Origin: Scenedesmus sp. PABB004
Lineage: Eukaryota
Assembly: GCA_014905635.1 (NCBI GenBank)
Contig: JABVCE010000002.1
Coordinates: forward strand, 1,922,001-1,986,000
DNA: 64,000 bases
Direction of reading: 5' to 3'
Positions 12,201-23,813 of this stretch are shown in pieces (the stretch's first letter is position 1; each line of letters begins with the position of its first letter). The notes under the pieces are model-generated. The model worked only from the letters and a program-made list of their open reading frames with translations, was not told the DNA's origin and did no database searches. The position numbers were made by a program, and so were the translations under genes.

Positions 12201-12479
12201 ACGCGCAGCCGACAGCGCCTGCAGTGGCCCGGGTGAGGGGGCGCGCATGAGTGGGTGGGGCGGCGGCGGGCGGGGGGGGGGTGGGGAGCCGCAGCGGCAG
12301 CGGGCGGGAGCAGCGGCAGCAGCGGCAGCAGCAGCGGCAGCAGCAGCGCCCCGCGCGACGCACCTGCCGCCGCTGGCAGGCGCGCGTGCTGACCGGCAGG
12401 CGCTGGGCGCGCTGCTGGCACGCGCACAGCGGGCCAGGGCAGGCCGGGGCTGCGCGTGGGCTTGCATCATCGCTTGCAT
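9290..12479 (-). CDS. ravA: MoxR-family AAA+ ATPase, RavA type, with an N-terminal transit-like peptide; ~11 introns
   Basis: GLVERDTE, Walker A variant [21 protein letters not shown], Walker [33 protein letters not shown] and VSDRRLVK. Confidence 0.92.
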
Positions 12480-12768
12480 CGCGCTCTCCTGCGGGCCGCC
12501 ACGCGCGAGAGGGGCGCGCTGGTGGTGGTCGCAGATGGACGCTTGCGGTGCTCACGGTGTGTGCTGAGGCTGCAGGCGCACACTCGGGCAGGGCGCGGCG
12601 GCGGGCGCAGGGCTGTGGCGGCGCACACTAACGCCGCCAGGCCCCGCTGCTCCATCTGCTGGGCCCACAACCACGCACACCGCACCCGCAGCGTCAGCGA
12701 CACGAGCGCTGCACACCGCAGACAATCGCCGCGCTGCCACGGCCGCCGTTTGCGCGCGCGCCGGCGCG

Positions 12769-13419
12769 ATGGGGCGCAGCCGCAGCCGCAGCCGCAGCCC
12801 GGGGCGGCGGCGAGACGACGAAGAGGGCCAAGAGGCACAGCAGCGACGGCGGCGCAGCCGCTCGCGCAGCCGCTCGCGCGGCCGCGAGCAGCAGCGGCGA
12901 GAGCAGCAGCAGGCGGCCGGGGCCGGGCACCCAGCCGCGGCGGCGGCGGCGGCGCCGGACGCTGCACGCGCCGGCGCCGGCGCCAGCGTCATCCTGCCCC
13001 CGCGCTGCGCAGCCGCGCCGCCGGCGGCCGCTGGCGCCGCGGCGCCGGCGCAGCAGGGGCTCGGCCGTGGGGACGCCAAGGCCAAGGCGAAGCTGCTGTG
13101 GGCGCGGAAGAAGGACGCGGCAGCGGCGGGGCTGGCGCCCGCGGCCGGGCTGAACCGCTGGGACGCTGCTGAGCTGGGCGACGACGCGGCGACCGCCAAG
13201 TTCCAGCGATTGATGGGCGCGCGCAAGGCGGCGCCAGCGCCAGCGGCCGCGGCGGCGGCGCCCGGCGGCCCGCTGGACGGCGGCGGCGGGTGCGAGGGGA
13301 CCGGGGGCGCGCCGCCGGCGATCATGCGCCGCGAGGTGGCGGCCAAGGTGCTGTCAGACGTGGAGCGGCAGGCTGTGGCGGCGCGAGCGCGGTACGGCAC
13401 GACCGGGCTGGGGCTGTGA
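12769..13419 (+). CDS. RS-rich small acidic protein (SMAP domain; RSRC2-like), single exon
   Basis: N-terminal RS repeats, then KLLWARKK..NRWDAAELGDD..KFQRLMG and a C-terminal TGLGL. Confidence 0.8.
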   Translation: MGRSRSRSRSPGRRRDDEEGQEAQQRRRRSRSRSRSRGREQQRREQQQAAGAGHPAAAAAAAPDAARAGAGASVILPPRCAAAPPAAAGAAAPAQQGLGRGDAKAKAKLLWARKKDAAAAGLAPAAGLNRWDAAELGDDAATAKFQRLMGARKAAPAPAAAAAAPGGPLDGGGGCEGTGGAPPAIMRREVAAKVLSDVERQAVAARARYGTTGLGL

Positions 13420-14112
13420 GGTGGGCCGGTTACCGGTGCGCACCGGCATGCCCTGCTCCCCCAACGGCAGCGCCGCCGCCGCAGCCGCGCGACAGCCCGG
13501 CGCGCAACGCGCCGGGCGGGGCCGCCGCGGCGCGCGCGTGCGCGCGCCCCAGCGCAGTCGGTCCGCCCCCGCAACCGCCCGCGAGCTACTGAGCCCTGTC
13601 CCCCGTTCAACTGCCTAGGCGACCGACCGACATGATTCAAACCAAGGAGGACCAGTGCGAGTGGCGCGCGCAGGCCCGGCCTAGGCACGCACGCGGCTGT
13701 CGCACGTGCAGTGCAGCGCGTGGGCCCACGCGGCCGACCGCGGGCGAGGGCCCGCGGGAGACGAGCAATGTCCGCCCCACCCCCCCATTTGATTGCCAAG
13801 GCCGCGCTCGGGCGAGAGGCTTGCCCCCGAGCGCGCCGCCGCCCCCGCCCCCCTTGCGCGGAGCGCGCGCCGCCCCGTGTCCCTTGCTCGTTGCCAGCAA
13901 AGTGCCCCAGGCGCGCGCGTGCATTTGGAGAGCAGGCGGCCCAAAGTCTCCCACGTGGTCGGCGCCGACACAGATACAGGCAGATACAGGCGGCCGCCGC
14001 GCCCCAGCTGGGGCGCTGCCGCTGTCCCGTCCCCCACCAGCGAATCTCCACGCCGCGCGGCGGCGGCTCAGCCTCGCCCGCCGGCCCCGACGACAGCCGG
14101 CCCCCGGCCTGC

Positions 14113-16138
14113 TCACGCGTGGTGGCGGGGCGGCGTGCGGGCCGCTGCGCCGCTGCCGGCGCCGGCAGCGCCTCCGCCGGCGGCGCCGCGCTTGAGCTGG
14201 CGCAGGTCGGCCTGCAGGCCCGCGACCTGACTCTGCAACGGCTCCAGGACGGCTGTGATCTGGCGGTGCATGCCCTGCAGCTGCGAGGCGACCAGCTCCG
14301 CGACGTCACTGCCGCCGCCGCCGCGGTCCCTGACGCCGCGGGGCTGCGGCGCGAGCAGGCCCAGGCCGCCCAGCCCCGGCAGGCCCCCGGCCGCGCCGGC
14401 GCCGGCGAGCAGCGCGCCCGCCGCCTGCGCGCCCGCCGGCGGGCGCGCGAGCAGCGCGAGCAGCTGCTGTTGCGCGTGGTGCAGCTGCTGCAGCTGCTGC
14501 GACTGCGCCAGCAGCAGGCCCACGCCGGCCGCGGGCTGCACCGCGAGCATGTCGCCGACGAGCTGCGCGCCGAGCCCGCCGCTCAAGCCGCCCAGGCTGT
14601 TGGTCAGGCCCGCCACGCCACCGCCCACGCCGCCGCTGAGCAGCGAGCCGAGGCCGCCCAGCGGCGAGCCCAGGCCCGCCGCGAGGCCGCTGAGGGCGCC
14701 GAGGCCGCCGAGCGAGGAGGCCAGCAGGCCCGGCAGCGCCGCGGGCGCCGCCAGGCCCGACGAGCGCAGCGCCTCCTGCAGCGCCTGCACCAGCACGTCG
14801 TTCGGCTCGCTCACCGCGCCGCCCAGCAGCGCGCTGAGCCGCCCGGCGCCGGGCGAGCGGCCGCGGCCGGCCTCGCCGCTCACGCGCGTGAGGCTGTCCG
14901 AGTGCGCGCCCAGCAGGCCCGCCAGCGACGCGGGCAGCTTGCCCACGCCGCGCGGCGCGGCGGGCGCGGGCGGCGGCGCGTCGGCGGCGGCCAGGCGCGA
15001 GTCGAGGCCCGCCGAGCCCCCGCGCGAGCCGGGCACGCGCGCGACATCGTCCGACGCGCGGCCGGAGCTGCCGCGCGGCGCCGCGTCGCCCGACTCGGCG
15101 CCCGCCGCCGCGCGGGCGCCGTGCGTCGCGGCCGCGCCCGCCAGCATGTCTTGGAGGAGCGCGTCCAGCAGCGACTGCAGCTTGGCGTGGCGGCGCCGCC
15201 TGCTCTTGCCGCTCCGGCCCCCGGGCGGCGGGGGCGGCTCGCGCGCGCCGTCGGCGCCCGCCGCAGCCGGCGCCGCGCCGCGCCGCTCCGCGAGCGCCGG
15301 CTGCTGCTCCTGCAGCCGCATCGCCGCCTGGGCGGCCTGCAGCTGCCGCAGCAGCGCCTGCGCGGCCGTCTCGGGGGGCTGGACCTGGAACGGCCCGGAC
15401 GGCGCGGACATCTCGTGCTGCTGCGCCCCGCCCAGCTGCGGCGGCGCCCCGCCCAGCTGCTGCACGTCGCCGCCGCCGGCGCGGCCGCCCGCGCCGGCCG
15501 CCGCCTGCGCGGCCAGCTGCGCCTGCGCGCTGCTGTCGCCGCCGGCCGCTGCCGTGTAGACGGCCGCCAGCGCGGCCGCGGCCTCGGCCGACGTGACCGC
15601 CGGCATGCCGCCGGCGCCCGCAAAGTCCATGTGCGCCGACAGCCCCGACCACAGCCCCGCGCCGGCGCTGAGGTCGTGCAGCATCCACCCCTCCGACATG
15701 CCGCCCTCGGACAGCGCCGCGCCCGCGAGCAGGCTGCCCGCGCCGCCGGCGATCATGCCCACCGCGGCCGCGGGCGACGGCGCGCCGCCGTAGTGCGCGC
15801 CGCCGGCGTCGTCGGCGGCGGCGGCGCGCGAGTCGTAGCTGTACGCGCCGCCGCTGCCCGCCGTGGTGGAGGGCTGCGGGCCGAGCGAATAGTCGGCCTC
15901 CTCGTCCGACTCGTCCTCCTCCCACGGCGCGTGCCCGTAGGGCAGCGCCTCGCCCGACGCCGTGCGCAGGCCGCCCAGGCGCATGCGCTGGCGTTTGCTC
16001 GAGTCGTGCGGCCGCGTGCTGTGCGCGCGGCGCTTCTGCAGGCGCGTGCGGCAGGACCTGCGGCGCCGCCGCGGGCGCGCCGGCGACGGTGAGCGCCGCG
16101 CCGCGCCGCGCCGCGCCGGCGCGCGTGAAGAGCCCGCC

Positions 16139-16171
<33 letters not shown>

Positions 16172-16547
16172 GCGCACCGCTTGTTGCCGTCAAACATCTC
16201 CAGCGGCTCCAGCTTGCCGCACTGCTGGCAGAAGCGGTAGAGCCGCTCGCTCGTCGAGCCGCGGCGCGTGACCGCGTGCGCGGTGAGGTGCTGGGGGCAG
16301 AGCCGCTTCTTCACGCAGTACGGCTTGGCGTGGCGCAGGTCCTCGGAGCAGCCAGCCGCCTGCGCGGAGGGGCGCGGCGGCGCGCGACGCGGGCGCGCGT
16401 GGAGCGCGGCGCGCGCGGCGCCGGCCGCGCGCCGCTGCTGCGCCCCTGCCGCCCCGCCCCCGCCGCGGCGCGGGAGCGCACCTGGCACTGCATGCGGCCG
16501 TCCTTGCCAGCGCTGCCCTCGCCCACGACGCCTTCGTCGTCGGCCAT
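14113..16547 (-). CDS. SBP-box (SQUAMOSA promoter-binding) transcription factor; 2 introns in the SBP domain
   Basis: CQ|AAGCSEDL..KPYCVKKRLCPQH..RFCQQCGKLEPLEMFDGNKR|SCRTRLQKRR, followed by a long G/A/L/Q low-complexity tail. Confidence 0.9.
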
Positions 16548-17050
16548 GGCCCTCGCTGCGGGCGCTGCGGGCGGGCGCCCCGGGTGCTGCTGCCCGCGCT
16601 CTGGCCCTGTGGCTGCAGATCAAGGCCGGGGCGGCAGCGCGGAGGCGTTGGCCGAGATAGGGGAAGCGCCTCGGCGCGCCAGGACGGTGCCGCGACGCCT
16701 GCGCAGCGAGGGGGCCGCTGCAGATGCGCCAGGCCCCCCTTCGGAGAACGCCGCCCTTCCCTGCTGCCACCGCGACGACCGGAGGCCTCCTCACCTCACG
16801 AGCTTGGTCACGCGCGGCGAGCCGGGGCTGCGCCGGCGAGCCAGGTGCCCCGCGGCTAGCACCTAAGAAGGAGGCGCGTCGGCCATGCCCAGACCAGGGC
16901 GAGTCCGGGCGCGGCTTGTGCCTCCCGTGCGAGCGGCCCAAGCGTCACCTTCGAACGGCGCGGGCGCGACGCGTCGGCGGCGCGGCGCGGAAACTCGCGG
17001 TTCCCCAATGTTGCGCAGCACCCGCGCCGCGCACAGCCTGCCGCCGCCGC

Positions 17051-20000
17051 TCACAGCCCAACGCCGCCGCCGCCGCCGCCGCCGGCGTCGACGCGCTGCG
17101 CGCGCGCGTCGGCGCGCGCGTCGGCCTGGCGCCGCAAGTGCTGTGCGAGCTGCGCGCGCAGGCCCGCGCGCTGCGCGCGCAGGCCAGCGACCACGGCGCG
17201 CGGCCCGGCCTCGACGCCGCCCGGCGAGCCGGTGCCGCTCTCCTCGGGCAGCATCGACTGCAGCGCCTCCAGCTGCGCCTCCAGCTGCGCCTCCTGCGCG
17301 GCGAATGACTGCAGGCGCAGAAACGGCGGCGGCGGCGCGGATGAGGAAAGGGGGGGGGGCTCTCTCGCGCGGCGCGCCCGCAGGCCGTGCGGGCGCCCCC
17401 TCGCCGCGCCCCGCGCCCCGTGTGTGCGCGCGCGGCCCGCCGCCGCCACGCACGTGCAGCATCTGCGCCTGGCGCGCCGTGTAGTTGGCCTGCCGGATGT
17501 TTTCCTGCGCGGCGCGCGGGCAGGCAGCGCTCGGCGCTCGCGGCGCGGCGCGCGCACACACGGGGCGCGACGCCGCCGCCGCCGCCGGCGCAGCGCAACT
17601 CGCAGCGCCGCGCCACGCAAGCGCCGCGTCGCGCCTGCATGATGCGCCAGTAGCCCCCGTCGCTGGTGCGCTGGCAGTAGCTGGTGAGCAGCTCCCCGCC
17701 GGCGGGCACGGGCGCGCTGGTGAAGACGGCGATGGCCGGCACGTAGCTGCCGTCGCCCGCGCGGTACAGCACGTGCTCGAAGCGCAGGTTGGGCTCGCGC
17801 GCCGCGTAGCTGCGGCGCGCGCGCGCGGAGGCAGAGGGCGCGCGGGCGGCGGCGCGTGGGCCTCGCGCGGGCGGCGGCGGCGGGCCGCGCGCGGGCGCGC
17901 GCGGCGGCGGCGCCGCCGCACCGCGCGCAGGCGCAGCGCCCGTGCGCTGCCTGGGGGCAGGGGCCCATGTCGGCGGCCCAGCTCTTGGCGTCGTTGACCA
18001 GCGCCATGCGCGCGCGGTGCGGGTCGCCCACCACGACGAGGTGCTGCCCCGGGCAGTCCAGCGCGAGCTCCACCGCCGCCTGCGCGCGCGAGCGCAGCGC
18101 AGCGCGCGGCGGGCCGGGGTCTGGCGGCGCTGCGGCGGCGGCGGCAGCGGCGGCGGCGGCGGCGCAGCAGCAGCAGCAGCACAGCGCGGACGCCCAGCCG
18201 GCGCGCACCATCGTCCACTCGACGTCCATGGTGTAGGCGTGCCGCACGCCGTGCTGGTTGGTCAGGTCTGAGTGCGCCAGCGCCATGTCCTCACTGGCGC
18301 CGCGCGGCGGCAGCGGCGGCGGCGGCGGCGGCGCGGGTCGGCGCGGGTCGGCGCGGGTCGGCGCGTTTCGGCGCGGCACGCCCCGCGCGCGCGCGCGCTC
18401 GCGCTGGCCGCCCTGCCGCCTGTGCTGTGCGAGCGCGTGCATGTGGCTCACTCTAGCGTCATGACTGTGCCAAAGTAGATGCCCAGCAGCTCCCTCGCCG
18501 GCAGCGCCCGCGCCGCGACGACCATCAGCGGCGGGCGCTGCGGCACGCCGCCGCAGCCGCCGCCCGGCCCGCCGGCGGCGGCCGCGCCGTCGTCGTCGCC
18601 GGGCTCGGGCGGGTGCGGCTCCAGCGTCGGGATCGGGTTGCGGCGGCAGGGGTGGCAGGGGTCGTCCACCACCTGCACGCGCGTCAGCCGCGACAGCCGC
18701 CTGCGCGCGCGGCGCGCGGCGGCGGGCGGCAGCGTGGGTGGGGCGCGGTGCGGGCGGGCGGGCGGGCCGGGGGCCGCGTCGCGCGCTGCACGCCGTGCCG
18801 CGCGCCGCCGCGCGCCTGATCAGGCCCGGTAGCTCGCGCGCCGTGGCGACGCGGAAGGGCGCGACGAAGCCCCACAGCGACACCTCGGGCTGCTCCAGCG
18901 CCGCCCAGTGGAGCTCGTAGAAGCGCTGCCGCGGCGCCTCGGCCAGGCTGAACTCGGGCGCCGGCGCCTGGGCGTAGAAGCGCGCCTCGGCGTCGCCGCC
19001 GGCGCCGCGGGGCGCCGCGCCGGCGCGGCCGCGCCGCGGCCGCTCGAGCGGCGGCAGCGGCGCGGACAGGTCGCGCCGCGCGACCGCGAGCGCGGCCGCG
19101 AGCGCGCCGGCGTCGGGAGGCGCGACGTCGCCGTCGCGCGGCGCGTAGAGGCTGGCCAGGTCTATGAAGCGCTGCGCCCGCGGCCGCGGCGGCCGCCCGG
19201 GCAGGGCCGAGAGGTCGCCGAGGACGACCAGCTGCTGGCTGCTGGGCTGCTCGCGCCACACAAAGCCGTAGCGCTCCTGCTGGCGCAGCCGCCGCAGCGC
19301 CTCGGCCAGCTCCGGGTCCGCCGGCAGCGGGTCCGGCGACGCCGCGGCCGCTGCCGCGCCAGGCAGCTGCTGCTCGGCGGGCGGCGCCGGCTCGAGCGCG
19401 GGCGCCTGCTGGCCCCGGCCGCGGCCGCGCCCCCGCCCGCGCCCGCGCCCCCGGCCGCGCCCCCGCCCGCGGCCCCTCCCGGGCGCGTCGGGCTCCGCGT
19501 GCTGCTGCGAGTGCGTCGTGCGTGCGATAAACTCTGCCAGGAACAGCCGGCTGCCGGCCGAGAGGCAGCTGGCGCTGATCAGGTCACCGCTCTCGGCGTC
19601 GCCGAGCGGCGGCCACACCCTGCGGCGCGGCGGCACGGCGCGTGAGCAGCGAGCGCACGGGCAGCCGTGCGGCGTGTATGCGCGCGCGGGCGCTCACAGG
19701 AAGCCCCGCGACAGCTCGTCCTCCTCCGGCCCCTCCTCCTTCGCCTCCTCCTCCGCCTCCTGCTTCAGCGGCGCCTGCTGCTGCGCCGCCTCGTGCTGCG
19801 GCTGCTGCCGCCGCAGCTCCGCCTCGGCCTTGCGGCGCTTGCGCTTGGCTGCTTTGGCCGCCGCCCGGCCCTCGTCCGCCGGCCGCTTCAGCCGCTGCTG
19901 CTGCTTCTGCTGCTGCTGCTGCTGCGACTGCGACTCGCAGCTGGCCCCGTCGCCGAGGGGCTCCGGCTTGACCGCCCGCGCCAGCAGCGCCCGCCGCACC

Positions 20001-20713
20001 GCGCACGCCGCCTGCAGCACCTGCGCCCCCGCGGCGGCGGGCAGCGCCGGCGCGTCCCCCGCGCCCCGCGGGCCGACCGCCGCGGCGGCGGTGATGACAC
20101 GAACGAGGTGCTCCGCGGCGAGGGCCGCCGCGTCGGCCGCGCCGACGTCCAGCCCCGCCTCGTCCCGCAGGCTCGCCACCAGCTCCGCGCGGTCGGGCGT
20201 GAACCGCGCGGCCTCGGCCGCCGTGATGGAGGGGTTGGACCCAAACGTGTGCAGCATCTGCACCGCGGCGCCGAGCGCGCCGTCGACGACCGCGAGCTCC
20301 GCCAGGCGCTTCGCGAGCAGCGGCAGCCCCGGGTCCGGGTCGGGGTCCTCCCACGCCAGGCAGCCGGGGCACATGCACCACACCAGCACGCGGCAGAAGC
20401 CGGCCGCGAGCTCGCTCGCCGCTCTCGCCGCCGCTGCGGGCGCCGGCGGCGCCGGCGGCGCGGGCGCCGCCGCGTCCGCCGCGTCCGCCGCGCGCCCCGC
20501 CGCCACGCCGCCGGCGGCGGTGGGCGACGCGCCCGCCGCGTCGGGCGGCGTGTGGTCGCGCGTCGCGGCGGGGCGGTCGCTGTCATCCTCGTCGCCGTCC
20601 TCGTCGCTGTCGATCAGGCACACGCAGTCCGGCGCTGCGAGCGACGTGCGGCGCGCAAACACGGCGCCGTCGTCGCCCGGGCTGCCCACCAGCACCACGT
20701 CGCTGTCCCCCAT
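17051..20713 (-). CDS. Divergent SET-domain protein with a large N-terminal region; ~6 introns
   Basis: VVAARALPARELLGIYFGTV, AYTMDV, RMALVNDA..EPNLRF and VFTSAPVPAGGELLTSY..YW. The 19699-20713 exon joins in frame through a GT..AG intron at ~19620-19698 (CT|G GTG TGG). Confidence 0.72.
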
Positions 20714-21160
20714 CGCGCCGGCCGCGCGGCGCCGCACGGCGGGAGCAGCAGCAGCACCTCGGCGGCGCGCGAGCTCAGGGGCAGCAGCGGCCCCGCTGGG
20801 CGTGCCGCTGCATCGCTGCAGAGAGGTCGTGTCACATACGGTTGTGGCGCCCAGCGCCCGGGCCGCCCGGCCCGCGACCCGGTCAGGCAAGGCCGCGCCA
20901 AATCAAGGTCCGAGCTCCCGGCCGCTCGCCGCGCTGCAGGCGCGAGGGCGGCGTGCGCCGGAGCTGTGGCACGGCTCCAGCCGCGCGTGGGGCGGGCGAC
21001 GGCGCTGGAAAGATCGCGGCGTCGACAGCGGCGGCGACAACGCCCGCGCTCGAACTCGTGCTGCCGCGTCGGCGTCCCCTCCTGCGGCGGGGTGTTGCTG
21101 CTGCTGGCGTGTTCGATCGGCGGGGAGGGGCGGGGTCCCAAATCGCGCGGCGCGTTAACG

Positions 21161-21720
21161 TTACGCCGGCGCATGCTGCGCGGCGTGCTCGGGCGGCGCT
21201 GCTGCCGGCGCCAGGTTGGTCGGGTCCGCCAGCACGTAGTTAGGGACGTCGTAGCGCGCCCCCCGCCTGCGGCGGCGGCGGCGGCGGCGGCGGCGCTCGG
21301 GCGGCGCGCGGCGGGGGCCCGCCGCGCATGCGCAGCGCGCCGCTCCCGCCGCCGCGCCTCACTCGTCATACATCACCGTCATGTCTCGCCGCGCGACGAT
21401 GATGCCCGCAGCGTCGAGCACGAGCCGCGCCGTCTCGATGTCGGCCGCGAGCGTCGCCTCGGCTGCGGCCTTGATCGCCGCCCACATCGCTGCGCGGGCG
21501 CGGCCGTGCGGTGAGCCGCGGCGGCGCGGCGGCGCGCGGCGCGGCCGCTGCGCGCCGCACCCCGGTCGCCGCCGTAGTGCGGCTGGGTGTCCCAGTACTG
21601 CTCCCGCATCGCTGCGAGCCGCTCCCGCGTGAGCGGCTCCTCCGACCGCCAGCGCGGCCGGGCGAACTGCTTCGTGGGCGTCTCCTGCTTGCTGTCGTCT
21701 TTGCTCTGGAAGCAGCCCAT
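21161..21720 (-). CDS. UBTD1/DC-UbP N-terminal (ubiquitin-binding) domain protein; 2 introns
   Basis: N-terminal MGC acylation motif, then MREQYWDTQPHYGGDR|AMWAAIKAA..MYDE|RGARYDVPNYVLADPTNL. Confidence 0.88.
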
Positions 21721-21794
21721 CACACTGCTGACGCGGTCGCTGCCACTGCCGCAGTCGCTGCTGCCGCTGGCACCGCTGCAGCCGCTCGCTGCTG

Positions 21795-22186
21795 CCGCCG
21801 CTCCGCGCGCCGCTCGCCGGAGCTCGCGCCCTTCTGCCCACAGACCCAGGGCAGGTGCAGCTTCCAGGATCCGCGGCGCTGCGCGCTCCCGGGCAGAGGG
21901 CGCCGGCGAGCAGCAGCAGCGACGCGCGCGGCGGTGTGTCGGCTGCGGGGGCGCGCTGGGGCGAGCTTCCACGTGCGCGGTGTGCGCGCAGACGGCGAGC
22001 GCGCGCCGCGACGGGCGTTGCTCGCGGCCGGGCAGGCGGGCGGCCGGCTGACGCTGTCGCGCGCCCGCCCGCTGCCGCCGCCGCTCTCGCTCGCGCGCTG
22101 GCTGAACGGCGCGGGAGCTGCTCTCGGCGTCGCTTCCAGCTGCACCGGCACCAGCACCGAGCTCACGGCCGCCGGCGGCGGCGGCG
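21795..22186. repeat. Copy 1 of a ~390-bp direct repeat (UBTD/NSUN6 bidirectional promoter region)
   Basis: Colinear, high-identity match by eye to ~26147-26547, including blocks ctccgcgcgccgctcgccggagctcgcgccctt and agctgcaccggcaccagcaccgagctcacggccgccggcggcggcgg. Confidence 0.95.
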
Positions 22187-22245
22187 CAGCGGCGGCCCGT
22201 CGGACGCGCCCTCGAGGCTCCGCGCTGCCGCTGTCCCCAGCGCCC

Positions 22246-23736
22246 ATGACAGCGGTGCAGCAGGCGTGGCAGGGCGTTGCTTGGGACCCGCAGGTGCGAC
22301 GGCGGTGGCAGCTGGCAGGCCGGCGGCAGCGGGCGGCGCGCGCCCGGCCCGCGGCGGCCGGACACCGCCGCAACCTGCAGGTGGCGGCGTTCCTGGCGGC
22401 GGCGCTGGGGCAGGCGCGCTTCGAGACCATCTGCGCGGCGGTCGCGGCGCCGCCGCTCGCTGCGTGCCTGCGAGTCAACACGCTGCGCTCGAACGCTGAG
22501 GTGCGCACCCGCCCACCACGCGCAGGAGACGGCGCCGCGCAGCGGCCGCGCCGACGCGGCCGCCGCCGCATTGCAATGCGGCGGCAATTGCCGCCGCCTG
22601 CGCTGCGCGCAGGAGGTGCTCGAGCAGCTGCAGGCCAGCCTGCCGCCCGGGCGCGCGTGACGCGGCACCCGCAGCTGCCGATCGCGCTGCTGCTGCACGG
22701 CTCCGGGCCGCACGCCGTCGACCCCGCAGCTGCCGGCGGTGAGGGACGGCACGATGACGCGCGCGCGCCGCGCCCTCCGCGCCGCCCCTCGACTGCCGCC
22801 CTCCGCCGCACCCACCCCCGCCGCGCTGCAGCGACGAGGGAGGTCGTCGTCTGTCGCAAGGCCGCCGAGGCGGTGCTGCGCGGCGCGCACGTGTTTGTCC
22901 CCGGCGTGCTGGCCGTGTCGGCCGGGCTGACGGCGGGCGAGCTCGTCGCCGTCACCGTGGCGCCCGACGCGCCCCGCGGCGCCCACAGCGCGATCACGCG
23001 CGGCACGGTGCTGCCGGCCGGCCCGCGCGCGGCGGCGCCGCCGACGCAGCGCCGCGGCCGTGCATCGGCGTCGGCCGCGCGTGCCTGGGCCGCGCGGAGG
23101 TCTTCCGCGCACATCGCGGCGTGGCGGTGGAGCTGGTCCAGCGAGCGTACGACGCGCCCTCGCCGCAGCTGGACGGTGGGTCGCGAGCCGGGCGCGCCGC
23201 CGCGCCGCGCTGCGCGAGGACCTCGGCCGCTGCCAGCGGGCGGCGCCCACGCCCGGCCGCGCGCCGACGCGCGGCGCGCAGGGCCGCTGCGGGGCAGGGC
23301 GATGCTGCAGAGCCTGCCCAGCCTCGTCGCCGCGGCGGCGCTCGCCCCCGCCCCGGGGTCGCGTGTGCTGGACATGTGCGCCGCGCCCGGGGGTGAGCGC
23401 CGCGCGGCCGGCCGCCGCGGCGGCGCGCGGGCGCGCGGCCGGCCGCCGCGCCCGCCGACGGCCACCGGCGCGGCGTCGCAGGCAAGGCCACGCTGCTGGC
23501 GCAGCTCATGGGCGGCGCCGGCGAGGTGGTCGCGCTCGATCGCTCGCACGCCAAGGTCGACGGCATTGCCGCGCTCGCCGAGGAGCTCGGCTGCGCCGGC
23601 TGCGTGCGGGCGCTCAGGCTCGACGCGACCAAGGCGGTGGCCAGGAGCGGCGGCCAGCCGGCGGCCGGGGGGCGGCAGCAGCAGCAGGAGGTGCAGGAAA
23701 ATCAGCAGGCGCAGCCAGAGCAGCAGCAGCAGCAGC

Positions 23737-23772
<36 letters not shown>

Positions 23773-23773
23773 T

Positions 23774-23813
<40 letters not shown>

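Noticed and set aside
22656..22662. In-frame TGA in NSUN6 as selenocysteine or a recoded stop
   Set aside because: Homology resumes in a different frame, not after the TGA. Other genes use TGA, TAA and TAG as normal stops.
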